DNA of 13,516 nucleotides from a virus (Duplodnaviria; Heunggongvirae; Uroviricota; Caudoviricetes): IMG/VR virus record IMGVR_UViG_2671180656_000012, positions 1 to 13,516 of that record; one strand, 5' to 3'. Shown piece by piece: positions 1 to 7,299 of this stretch (position 1 is its first letter; each line of letters starts with the position of its first letter). The notes under the pieces were generated by a model. It saw only the letters and a program-made list of their open reading frames with translations, ran no database searches and was not told where the DNA came from. The position numbers and the translations under genes were made by a program.

Positions 1-56
1 ATCGGCGGGTTAAGCAGCGTGGCAAAGTAACCACTCTTAACACATTACAATAACTT

Positions 57-85
57 TTGCGTACGCGTTAGCTCTTTTGTATATT
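57..85 (+). promoter_or_regulatory. Candidate sigma70 promoter for the cassette
   Basis: TTGCGT (57-62), 17-nt spacer, TATATT (80-85). An AAGGT Shine-Dalgarno at 112-116 lies 8 nt before the GTG at 125. Sequence reading only. Confidence 0.3.
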
Positions 86-124
86 TAACTTTTCTCTAAT
101 TCTAAAGGTAAAAGGTAACGACTA

Positions 125-1177
125 GTGAAAGCGAACGACTACCTGTTTGGTCTTCAGGCAAGAAACATCTCTTTCAGGCTTCTTCAAGGCGAATTAAAGT
201 ATTTTAATATGAAGTCAGCTAGGGGGTGGACAGAGTTGCTATCTGATTATGCAAGTAATAATGAAAAGGATATAATAAATAATCTCAAGGAGATTTACCT
301 CAGCCAATTGAATTACAGCAATCGGGCCGTATTTTTTGCTCAACTGAATAATATCACTGACGCAATCCTCTTGAAAAAAACCTTGTTAAATCTGATTAAC
401 AGCAACGATAAAGATTATCAAGAATACATTGCCACCTACCCATTGCCAATAGATAGCGCAACACATAAAAAAGTCAAAAAATTAAGACCAGTCTGCATCT
501 CCCACTCTCAACATGGTAACTCGATCACTATTACAACAACTTATCTTCGTCCATTCAAAGAAAGAAGTGCAATTGAAACAAATACACTAAGCCCAGCAAC
601 ACAAAAAGAACTCAATTGTTTTGATGAAATAATTGGAATAAAAGATAGATACATCCAATGTTTTGACACAATTACTTTTAACTATGTTTCCGGCGAAATA
701 ACATTTGAAATCGACATGTGTACAAATCTTAACCATAATGAATTGGAGCGCGCATCAACAAGATATCGTAGAATATTAATGTACCTTTTCCATAAAGAGA
801 ATTCATATCACGTCGCCTTCATTAGAAAAAATATATTTACTGCTATCGATAAACTTTACAAATCTGCCGATGGTACCATTTTAAAACTTGGGCATGCCAC
901 AGGAACAGGCTCAGTAAAAGAAGAAAAAATGAGAAAGAGAAAAGATGATTTAAGGAAGGAAAAATATCATGCCGCAGGCTTAGCGGCAATTGGAGGAAAA
1001 ACTAATAACTTTAGTATTTCTAAACAATGGAATGGAGCACACAATAACATTTTAACAATGCATGTACCCGGACATTTTTCTTTAATTTCATCCTCGCTAC
1101 CATTTATAAATCATGTTATAATCGAAGGGTGTGTTTGTAAATCAGATTATGAGTTATTGATGTCAAAGGTTTTCTAA
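125..1177 (+). CDS. Cassette gene A, hypothetical protein (350 aa), no recognisable family
   Basis: Long ORF in an AT-rich context. GTG start at 125 with SD 8 nt upstream; alternative ATG at 209 lacks an SD. Stop TAA 1175-1177 abuts the ATG of gene B. No Walker A or other motif I can call with confidence. Confidence 0.6.
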   Translation: MKANDYLFGLQARNISFRLLQGELKYFNMKSARGWTELLSDYASNNEKDIINNLKEIYLSQLNYSNRAVFFAQLNNITDAILLKKTLLNLINSNDKDYQEYIATYPLPIDSATHKKVKKLRPVCISHSQHGNSITITTTYLRPFKERSAIETNTLSPATQKELNCFDEIIGIKDRYIQCFDTITFNYVSGEITFEIDMCTNLNHNELERASTRYRRILMYLFHKENSYHVAFIRKNIFTAIDKLYKSADGTILKLGHATGTGSVKEEKMRKRKDDLRKEKYHAAGLAAIGGKTNNFSISKQWNGAHNNILTMHVPGHFSLISSSLPFINHVIIEGCVCKSDYELLMSKVF

Positions 1178-1570
1178 ATGAATAAGCAGGAAATGAAAGA
1201 TATCATACAACATTCTTTTGCTACCGACAGCAAAGTTGGTTTTGCATGTATGAATATTTATCATTACCTGCTTAATGAAGATCTGGATAATTTAAAATAT
1301 ATAACATTCAATAACTTGCAAAAAGTCAGTAATGTTGATCAAAGTATCCTTTACGAGGCAATTACTTATCTATCCGGAGAAAAAGCACCAATATTATCAA
1401 TCGGATACGAATATATTGATGGTGATGACATTTTTGAAATCTCTCAAGATGAGTTAAGCAAAATATATTCAGAAGGAACATTTTATTTCGATGGCAAACC
1501 AGTCCTCAATTGGCAGTCGAAAGTTTACATTTACTTTTATGCATCAGAGTTCTGGAAAGGCCTAGAATGA
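1178..1570 (+). CDS. Cassette gene B, hypothetical small protein (130 aa)
   Basis: ATG directly follows the gene A stop, with AAAGG 8 nt upstream. Its stop overlaps the gene C start (ATGA at 1567-1570). No recognisable motif. Confidence 0.6.
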   Translation: MNKQEMKDIIQHSFATDSKVGFACMNIYHYLLNEDLDNLKYITFNNLQKVSNVDQSILYEAITYLSGEKAPILSIGYEYIDGDDIFEISQDELSKIYSEGTFYFDGKPVLNWQSKVYIYFYASEFWKGLE

Positions 1571-2232
1571 TGGATAATCAGAATAATTTTACGTTAGAAT
1601 CGCTGAAGTCCGCAGCGTCATTCGATGAGAGCGCAGCACGCCTTTATCGAAGAATTACATGCAATTCATACGATAAATTTATTGAAATGTTTTATATTGA
1701 CTTAGAAAAAACAATCAGATTGATTGAAAAAAATGCAAGCTTAATGCAAAACGATGGAGAAGACCGTTTATCTATAGAAATAATTAATATACTAATTGGC
1801 TTCGGATATGATTCTGGTCATGATAATTATATAAATGGGCACTCAGACATTGTTGTAAGTTTCAAAAACTACACATGGATTGGAGAGGCTAAAATTCATA
1901 GCTCATACGACTATTTAATGGAAGGATTCCATCAATTATGCTCTCGTTACTCCACAGGAAGTGAAGATGATTGTCAAGGAGGATTAATAATTTATGTGAA
2001 AAGCAACAATGCATTAGATGTCGTAGAGAAATGGAAAAAAACATTAACCTCTAAAAAAGATGACTTTGAAGATTTTTATTTATCCGATTGCAAAACAAGA
2101 GAAAAGTTGAGCTTTTACTCTAGCCACAAACACCCTAAATCTGGATTGCCATACAAAGTAAGACATTTCGCTGTAATATTGGGATTTGCACCTAAAGACA
2201 AAAGTGCGAGAACAGCAAAGTCCAGAAAATAA
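1567..2232 (+). CDS. Cassette gene C, hypothetical protein (221 aa); possible PD-(D/E)xK-type nuclease
   Basis: Start taken at the ATG ATG pair at 1567 (the track's 1510 start is upstream, across the gene B stop). ATGA overlap with gene B and GGAAAGG upstream. Motif hSD94-IVVSF ... WIG-E107-A-K109-IH has the spacing and hydrophobic context of a PD-(D/E)xK core (nt ~1846-1893). Tandem TAA TAA stop. Confidence 0.55.
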   Translation: MMDNQNNFTLESLKSAASFDESAARLYRRITCNSYDKFIEMFYIDLEKTIRLIEKNASLMQNDGEDRLSIEIINILIGFGYDSGHDNYINGHSDIVVSFKNYTWIGEAKIHSSYDYLMEGFHQLCSRYSTGSEDDCQGGLIIYVKSNNALDVVEKWKKTLTSKKDDFEDFYLSDCKTREKLSFYSSHKHPKSGLPYKVRHFAVILGFAPKDKSARTAKSRK

Positions 2233-2250
2233 TAAGTTTTATTATCTGGA
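2221..2250. terminator. AT-rich hairpin between convergent genes; candidate bidirectional terminator
   Basis: TCCAGA-A-AATAA [loop] TTATT-A-TCTGGA: 6 bp + 5 bp stem with one A/A mismatch. Spans the gene C stop. T-rich tracts follow on both strands but not immediately. Confidence 0.3.
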
Positions 2251-2262
2251 CCAAGGCTGTTT

Positions 2263-2610
2263 TTATCTATTTAGAATACACATAATACCATCAATAAATC
2301 CAAGTGCACTTTGCAACTCCTTTCTAATAGTTCCATCCGAGCATTTCCGCTTCTTTGCGATTGTACGGAGTGAAATCCCGATAACAAAGTGAGCAATGAT
2401 CAGCTCATATTCTTCTGGTTTATATTTCCGCAACCGGGCCACACATCCATCAATCATAATTCCTTCATCATCATCGCACTGGAGACGTGACTTTTTACCG
2501 TGTGGTAGAAGCCCCTTGAAACCAGCCGCTATCGGCTGCCAGTCGACACCACTATTTTCTGCTGCAGCCCAAGCCCCCCAACGATCTAAAACTTCGTACA
2601 TATCACGCAT
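2263..2610 (-). CDS. Late-gene antiterminator Q-like protein (115 aa)
   Basis: N-terminus MRD..LDRWGAWAA and a Cys-containing CDDD...GC segment resemble, from memory, the short Q-antiterminator family of E. coli lambdoid or cryptic prophages. It is the last gene of the early-right operon after the replication genes, the canonical Q position. Start overlaps the upstream stop by 1 nt. Confidence 0.7.
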   Translation of the reverse strand: MRDMYEVLDRWGAWAAAENSGVDWQPIAAGFKGLLPHGKKSRLQCDDDEGIMIDGCVARLRKYKPEEYELIIAHFVIGISLRTIAKKRKCSDGTIRKELQSALGFIDGIMCILNR

Positions 2611-2867
2611 CAGCGCAGCACCTCATGCACCAGTTTTTCAAACTTTCCAACTTTGGTTTCCAGCTCTGCCACACAATCCACCAGCTCATCCACTGCTTTT
2701 TGTGCGCGGTGTTTCGCCTGCATCAGTTCCCTGAGCGCTGGCACCATATCCCGACGAATAGCATCTTTTGTTACACCTGTTTTTTCCAGTTGTTCCGCCT
2801 GTCGCAACATTTCCTGTGCCTGTTTACGTAATTGTTCAGGGGTAAAAGTCATTGTCTGGTTGTTCAA
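2610..2867 (-). CDS. Hypothetical phage protein (85 aa), likely coiled-coil, nin-region-like position
   Basis: ORF coupled to DnaB-like gene (ATGA overlap at 2864-2867) and to Q. Charged, helical-looking sequence; no family recognised. Confidence 0.55.
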   Translation of the reverse strand: MNNQTMTFTPEQLRKQAQEMLRQAEQLEKTGVTKDAIRRDMVPALRELMQAKHRAQKAVDELVDCVAELETKVGKFEKLVHEVLR

Positions 2868-4264
2868 AAGAAACGCTCCATCTTACTGCTGTCAGTTCGT
2901 TTGTTACTGTATCTGCGCGGTCTGGACGGCTGCATTGATGTGGAAAGAACCTGCGCGCTTTCCTGGTCTACAGGCAGAAAATGTCCGTTATAAAAACGTC
3001 GGTAAATCGTCCCCAGAGAACCATTACGTTGCTTCGTGATATTAATTTCTGCGATGCCCCCGGCCTGCGTATCCGGGTTGTACACTTCATCCCTGTAAAG
3101 CATCAGAATGATGTCAGCATCCGCCTCTATTTCTCCGGAATTTTTCAGGTCTGAGTTCATGGGACGTTTATTTGGTCTGGACTCCACACCGCGGGAGAGC
3201 TGACTCAGCGCAATCAACGGAAAACCACCGGATTTTGCCAGGCCTTTAAGTCCCTTTGAGATTTCACCCACGGCAAGGTCATGACGCCCCGTGGTTCGGG
3301 TTTTTATCAGCCCGAGATAATCAACCACCACCAGTGCCGTTTCCGGATGTTTAATCAAATGGTGTTTCGTTGTTGCGCATATCTCGTCAATGGTCAGGTT
3401 CGCCTGGTCCACCATCCAGATATTGCGTCCGGTCATCAGCTCCACCCCCTTAATGAAACGCGCCCAGTCTTCGTCACCAAAGTTAGAGACAGATTTCAGG
3501 CGCGATACAGGCATTCCTCCGGCAGCAGACACCATGCGTTCACCGATCTGAATGTTCGCCATTTCCATTGTGAACAGAAGAACACCGCGCCCCTGTTCAG
3601 TCACTTTGTCGATGATATCCAGCGCCAGTTCGGTTTTGCCCATTGACGGACGAGCCGCAATAAATACCAGGTCGCCGGGCTCCATGCCGCCTGTTTTTGC
3701 GTCCAGTTCATCAATACCGGTCATCAACGTCCTGGATTTCTCCAGCCCCTGATTCCGGCATTCAACACGGTCAACCACTTCCGGAAGCACATCATCAATA
3801 TGTACCGGCTGAATTGCGCCTTTTTCCATCGACAATGAGGCCATCATGTTTTGAGCATCCTTCAGAGCATCCTCGGCTGCTTCACAGGTATGCGCATCAC
3901 GTAAATTCTGTAATGCTTCGGTCAGTGTTTTTTCTGCATCGCGCAGTGCGGCATTGCGTCGCAGTGCTGCAACATAGTGTTCCAGAGATGACTTCACCCA
4001 GGTTTTACGCCCGGTATCAGTAATCACCGGGGCAAGTTCCGGCATCTCATTGCACAACAGCACAGGATCAATCACGCCGGACACACGGGCCTGTCTGCAG
4101 ATGCCTGTGTATATATCCCGGTACGGTCGTACAGAAAAAACGTCCGCCGGTAGTGTGGCCAGAATATCCATCACTTCCGGATCTGCCCCACGCAAAAAGA
4201 ATGCGCCAATAACAGCACCTTCCAGATCATCGTTACGCCAGACCGGGCTTTTCTGGCTGATCAT
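2864..4264 (-). CDS. Replicative DNA helicase, DnaB family (phage-encoded), 466 aa
   Basis: Walker A FIAARPSMGKTELALD and Walker B-like VVVDYLGLIK are hallmark DnaB C-terminal RecA-fold motifs. Start overlaps the DnaC-like stop (ATGA). Confidence 0.9.
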   Translation of the reverse strand: MISQKSPVWRNDDLEGAVIGAFFLRGADPEVMDILATLPADVFSVRPYRDIYTGICRQARVSGVIDPVLLCNEMPELAPVITDTGRKTWVKSSLEHYVAALRRNAALRDAEKTLTEALQNLRDAHTCEAAEDALKDAQNMMASLSMEKGAIQPVHIDDVLPEVVDRVECRNQGLEKSRTLMTGIDELDAKTGGMEPGDLVFIAARPSMGKTELALDIIDKVTEQGRGVLLFTMEMANIQIGERMVSAAGGMPVSRLKSVSNFGDEDWARFIKGVELMTGRNIWMVDQANLTIDEICATTKHHLIKHPETALVVVDYLGLIKTRTTGRHDLAVGEISKGLKGLAKSGGFPLIALSQLSRGVESRPNKRPMNSDLKNSGEIEADADIILMLYRDEVYNPDTQAGGIAEINITKQRNGSLGTIYRRFYNGHFLPVDQESAQVLSTSMQPSRPRRYSNKRTDSSKMERFF

Positions 4265-5148
4265 GCTGCCACACCTCCGGCATGTGCACGGTAGCTGGGC
4301 CAGTTAAAGGACAACAGGTTACGGCCACCATCCGTAACCCTGTCAGCAATACGTGGACTGATGTATGCCCACAACGCCTTCGGTGAAAGATTGCTGATCA
4401 GGATGGTTGGCAGAATGCTTTCGTACCGGGCATTGATAATTTCCTGAAGAATGGCCATTTCCGCCGCGCTACCAAACTGGACACCCACTTCGTCGATAAT
4501 CAGCAGATCCAGTGATGCATAATGCTCAATCACCTCATCCGCAGTTTTTTCGCTGTCATTCCGCCAGCAGTTTTTCACAGCCCGGGTCAGGCGCATCACG
4601 TCGGTGATCTCAACACTGGCGAGATAGTTGCGGATGACATATTTTGCCATCGCAACCGCCAGGTGATTTTTACCGGTGCCACAACTGCCAGTCAGCACGA
4701 GATTTGTGCCGTTCTCCAGAACATCCGCCCAGTTTTCGGCATAGCGACGACAGGCAGCAAGATTTCTGGCTGCGTCAGGATTAATCTCCTGATAGTTTTC
4801 AAACTCACAGTCACGAAAACGCAGTGCAATTCCGGCGTTATCAGTCAGTTCTTCCGCCTTCAGGGACGACAACTCCATAATCACATCGTTGATTTCAGCA
4901 CTCAGGCAATGAGGGCAGTGTGAAATTTTCTCTCTGTCCTCGCCATTACGATCCCCCCACACCAGAATATGCGTGTGATATTCGCCATGTTTTTCGCAAT
5001 ATCCGCGACCTTCACGCATCCGGCAGGAACGATAAGGCCACGGTTTTTCCCCAGTCTCCGCAAACGCCATCTCAGACCGTAACTCATCCATCCGCGCCTG
5101 TAGTCTTGTTTGTTGTTCACGCAGGTTAAACGTCATCATCGCTGTCAC
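4261..5148 (-). CDS. DnaC-like helicase loader (IstB-like AAA+ ATPase), 295 aa
   Basis: Walker A LTGSCGTGKNHLAVAMA and Walker B LLIIDEVG. Lies between the initiator and the helicase, as in lambdoid replication modules. Confidence 0.85.
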   Translation of the reverse strand: MTAMMTFNLREQQTRLQARMDELRSEMAFAETGEKPWPYRSCRMREGRGYCEKHGEYHTHILVWGDRNGEDREKISHCPHCLSAEINDVIMELSSLKAEELTDNAGIALRFRDCEFENYQEINPDAARNLAACRRYAENWADVLENGTNLVLTGSCGTGKNHLAVAMAKYVIRNYLASVEITDVMRLTRAVKNCWRNDSEKTADEVIEHYASLDLLIIDEVGVQFGSAAEMAILQEIINARYESILPTILISNLSPKALWAYISPRIADRVTDGGRNLLSFNWPSYRAHAGGVAA

Positions 5149-5149
5149 C

Positions 5150-6064
5150 TCAGAATGTTAAGTTGTCACTGGATTTACCGAATTCGTCAGACATGGCACC
5201 AAGACCAGACAGGATATCTATCTGTCGCTGTCGCCCACCTCCGGGAGCGGCTGGCTGTTGCCAGAAATCTTCGAAGTGACGATCGGGTCCAAAGAACGTC
5301 GCAGCCTGCTTCACGAACTGTGTGCCGGTATTTCCTGTAGCACGTACCCAGGCGGCATAACGTCTCACACCATCAAGCATGGTCTCCGGTTTTATTCCCT
5401 CCCTGATACGGGCTTTCCAGGCTTTGAAGGCTGCTGACTTGGAATTGCCACCAGCACGTTTGGGATATTCCTGCCAGGCCTGTTCAAATTCCGGTGAATA
5501 TTCCTGTCGGGCAGAACGTGCTGGTGCAGACGCATCAGCGGATGCGCCAATAGTGTTTTTACTCTCTGTAGTATTCTCTGAAGTAATCTCTGTTGTATTC
5601 TCTGTAAGATCGAAATTGGTTTTCCCTTCTCCGCGGCGAGGGGTTTCCCGTGTCCGCGGTGAAGGCTTTCCCTCCTCCGCGAAATTGGGTTTTACAGTTT
5701 CCCGAAAACGGGTTTCCCCATTTCGGGAAAACTGATTGTTTTCATTGATAATTTCATTAAGGCGCTCACAATCTATACGGTAGAACATTTTGTGCTCAAG
5801 ACGCTTGTTGGTTTCAACCAAAATGCCTCTGGACACAAGATGCTTACGCGCTACAGCCTGTTGTTCAAATGTAAGTCCGGTTTCGTGTTGTATCTCTTCA
5901 CGCGTTTTATGTACGCCTTCCGCTGCATGTGCTTTATCCTGCCAGTAAAAAATCTGACCAAAGAAAATAACAGCGTGCGGACTTCCCATGTATTTAACGA
6001 GCCCTGGGTAATAAGCAACCGGATGTCCAAAATCGAGCAGAAGATCAGACGGACGCATAGCCAC
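5150..6064 (-). CDS. Replication initiator (lambda O-like replisome organiser), 304 aa, with internal origin repeats
   Basis: Strong SD (GGGAGGTGG) before the ATG at 6064. N-terminal DNA-binding-like domain, then a low-complexity linker encoded by the tandem repeats (iterons), then a C-terminal domain. Position immediately upstream of the DnaC/DnaB genes. Confidence 0.75.
   Translation of the reverse strand: MAMRPSDLLLDFGHPVAYYPGLVKYMGSPHAVIFFGQIFYWQDKAHAAEGVHKTREEIQHETGLTFEQQAVARKHLVSRGILVETNKRLEHKMFYRIDCERLNEIINENNQFSRNGETRFRETVKPNFAEEGKPSPRTRETPRRGEGKTNFDLTENTTEITSENTTESKNTIGASADASAPARSARQEYSPEFEQAWQEYPKRAGGNSKSAAFKAWKARIREGIKPETMLDGVRRYAAWVRATGNTGTQFVKQAATFFGPDRHFEDFWQQPAAPGGGRQRQIDILSGLGAMSDEFGKSSDNLTF
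5560..5607. repeat. Four tandem 12-bp repeats (TAnTCTCTGnnG) next to the iterons
   Basis: Units at 5560, 5572, 5584 and 5596. On the minus strand they encode the E/T/N-rich linker (..ENTTEITSENTTESKNT..) of the initiator. Confidence 0.55.
5618..5732. repeat. Five direct 23-bp iteron-like repeats (core GGNTTTCCC); candidate phage origin of replication inside the initiator gene
   Basis: Units start at 5618, 5641, 5664, 5687 and 5710, exactly 23 bp apart. Units 4-5 carry the inverted motif TTTCCC..GGGAAA. An AT-rich stretch (5733-5760) adjoins. Same arrangement as lambda ori inside O. Confidence 0.6.
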
Positions 6065-6278
6065 CTCCCAGGCGTTTAAACATTTTTCCGGACTGAAACG
6101 CCACCAGCGGATAACTCAGGGTATGAGTACGCCCCTGTACCTGGCAGACAACCTTCTGGCTTTCTGTATTGACCAGGCAAACCCGCAGAACGTGACCGTT
6201 GCTGGTGGTGAACCACTGCCCCACACGGGGGCAACGGTTGTATCGGTGATACAGGGAACTAACGACGCGGCGAATCAT
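6045..6278 (-). CDS. Hypothetical small protein (77 aa)
   Basis: Strong SD (AAGGAGG, 7-nt spacer) before the ATG at 6278. ATGA overlap with the upstream gene stop; 3' end overlaps the initiator start by 20 nt. No family recognised. Confidence 0.5.
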   Translation of the reverse strand: MIRRVVSSLYHRYNRCPRVGQWFTTSNGHVLRVCLVNTESQKVVCQVQGRTHTLSYPLVAFQSGKMFKRLGGGYASV

Positions 6279-7297
6279 GGGTGCGCCTCCTTGTCAGAAC
6301 CGTTCAGTCTGGAATCAACAAGTGCAGCACCAAAAACAGCATCACCTACACGGTCGTACAGTTTGCCCGCCAGCGGAGATTCAACAGCCTTAAGCATGGG
6401 ATAAAGCTGGCTTGTCCAGATTTGGTGGATTTCTCGCAAATGCAGGTATACGCCTCTGGCGTTTTGTGCGACAGATGGCATATCAGCCGCACCAACTCCT
6501 GATAAACACCTCTCCATCTGGTTAAAGGCATTGATGTATGCCTCTTTGAACCGGGCAGCACGTTTACCCGTGAAACCCATAGCAAGAAACGCAAAGCCGT
6601 CGCGGGTTATTTGATAGCAAGGTAGTTTGCGGCCTGTGCAATCGGTGTAATCACTCACCGAAAAATTGCGGGCAGTGAATGATGCGGAACATTCAAGCGT
6701 GCGGATCTTTTTCAGTACATCGTCATGACGTTTGGAGAAGAAGTTGGCAACAGCCAGGGATGAAGTAACAGCCTGACCATCAACGATGGCAATTTCAGGT
6801 TGAGTGAGGGTTGGGATCGTAGCCATGATGGCAGCCTCCGTTGACTGTGGAAAACTTCCACCACCGGAGCTGCGAAACTCACTGGTGGCAGACTGAACAG
6901 GGTTCGCAGTACCGGCGTCAACGGAGACCGGCGAGCCTTTCGGCTCCCCTGCCCAGCCCACCATAATTCTGGCGTGCGTGAGCGCGGACGATAAAAAAGA
7001 CGCTGGCGCGTCGTATATCGCCGTTGACAATTCCGGGCTGCGACCCCCGGCACCCGCTTTATAAGGTGCCTGAACAGTGTAACGTCCCGGAATTGCAGAA
7101 TCAATATGCTGGTGGCGCTTCGCACTCAACAAAATCACGACGAAACAACCATAGTGGGCTGAAGCACTCATCCGGATAAGCATCACGCAGGTAAATAACC
7201 CGCTGTGTTTCAGGCTCCCAGCGTATAACGTGGACGCGACGCCCTCTTCCATCACGGAACCAGCGATTGAGTACTTGCATGTGTTACCTGTGAGCAT
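6275..7297 (-). CDS. Rha-family phage regulatory protein (Rha domain at residues ~165-260); 340 aa if started at 7297, 184 aa if started at internal ATG 6826
   Basis: Motif TSSLAVANFFSKRHDDVLKKIRTL is typical of the Rha domain. The frame stays open for 157 codons upstream of the domain, which argues for the long form. The internal ATG at 6826 has a perfect GGAGG SD (8-nt spacer) and would put the domain at the N-terminus. Start is unresolved. Confidence 0.55.
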   Translation of the reverse strand: MLTGNTCKYSIAGSVMEEGVASTLYAGSLKHSGLFTCVMLIRMSASAHYGCFVVILLSAKRHQHIDSAIPGRYTVQAPYKAGAGGRSPELSTAIYDAPASFLSSALTHARIMVGWAGEPKGSPVSVDAGTANPVQSATSEFRSSGGGSFPQSTEAAIMATIPTLTQPEIAIVDGQAVTSSLAVANFFSKRHDDVLKKIRTLECSASFTARNFSVSDYTDCTGRKLPCYQITRDGFAFLAMGFTGKRAARFKEAYINAFNQMERCLSGVGAADMPSVAQNARGVYLHLREIHQIWTSQLYPMLKAVESPLAGKLYDRVGDAVFGAALVDSRLNGSDKEAHP

Positions 7298-7299
7298 AA

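Larger units (their letters stand above)
45..2260 (+). other. AT-rich accessory cassette (moron-like island) with three co-directional coupled genes, sitting between the window edge and the 3' end of the Q-like gene
   Basis: Visibly lower GC than the phage genes to its right (by eye, not computed). Gene orientation is opposite to the adjacent early-right operon. Boundaries are approximate. Confidence 0.5.

Noticed and set aside
758..790. Rx6H segment (RRILMYLFH) in cassette gene A resembling a HEPN RNase motif
   Set aside because: The pattern is too degenerate and common by chance to support a HEPN call without structural or profile evidence.
2396..4307. Plus-strand ORFs (2396-2734, 2625-2831, 2653-3039, 3281-3646, 3552-3752, 3697-4023, 4050-4307) overlapping the Q-like, 85-aa and DnaB-like genes
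   Set aside because: They are antisense to genes with strong motif support. Their translations are Cys/Ser/His/Arg-rich and low-complexity, typical of shadow frames, and they lack RBS.
5560..5732. Whether the short direct repeats could be a CRISPR array
   Set aside because: The repeats are contiguous with no spacers, are degenerate, lie inside a CDS and have no leader or cas genes. Iterons are the better explanation.
4522..6079. Plus-strand ORFs (4522-4923, 4920-5129, 5110-5340, 5379-5735, 5792-6079) and minus ORF 4902-5120 inside the DnaC-like and initiator genes
   Set aside because: Shadow ORFs within well-supported CDSs. The 5379-5735 translation merely reflects the iteron repeats read in the wrong strand.
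6123..6594. ORFs 6123-6404 (+), 6281-6502 (+) and 6346-6594 (-) overlapping the 77-aa and Rha-family genes
   Set aside because: They overlap better-supported coding frames and have no start context.
6895..6925. GGTTCG-containing segment resembling a tRNA T-arm
   Set aside because: The flanking bases cannot form a 5-bp T-stem with a 7-nt loop, and no acceptor or anticodon arms can be drawn.
6712..7125. 137-aa minus-strand ORF in another frame of the Rha upstream region
   Set aside because: Arg/Pro/Ser-rich junk-like translation with no RBS; out of frame with the open frame that continues into the Rha domain.
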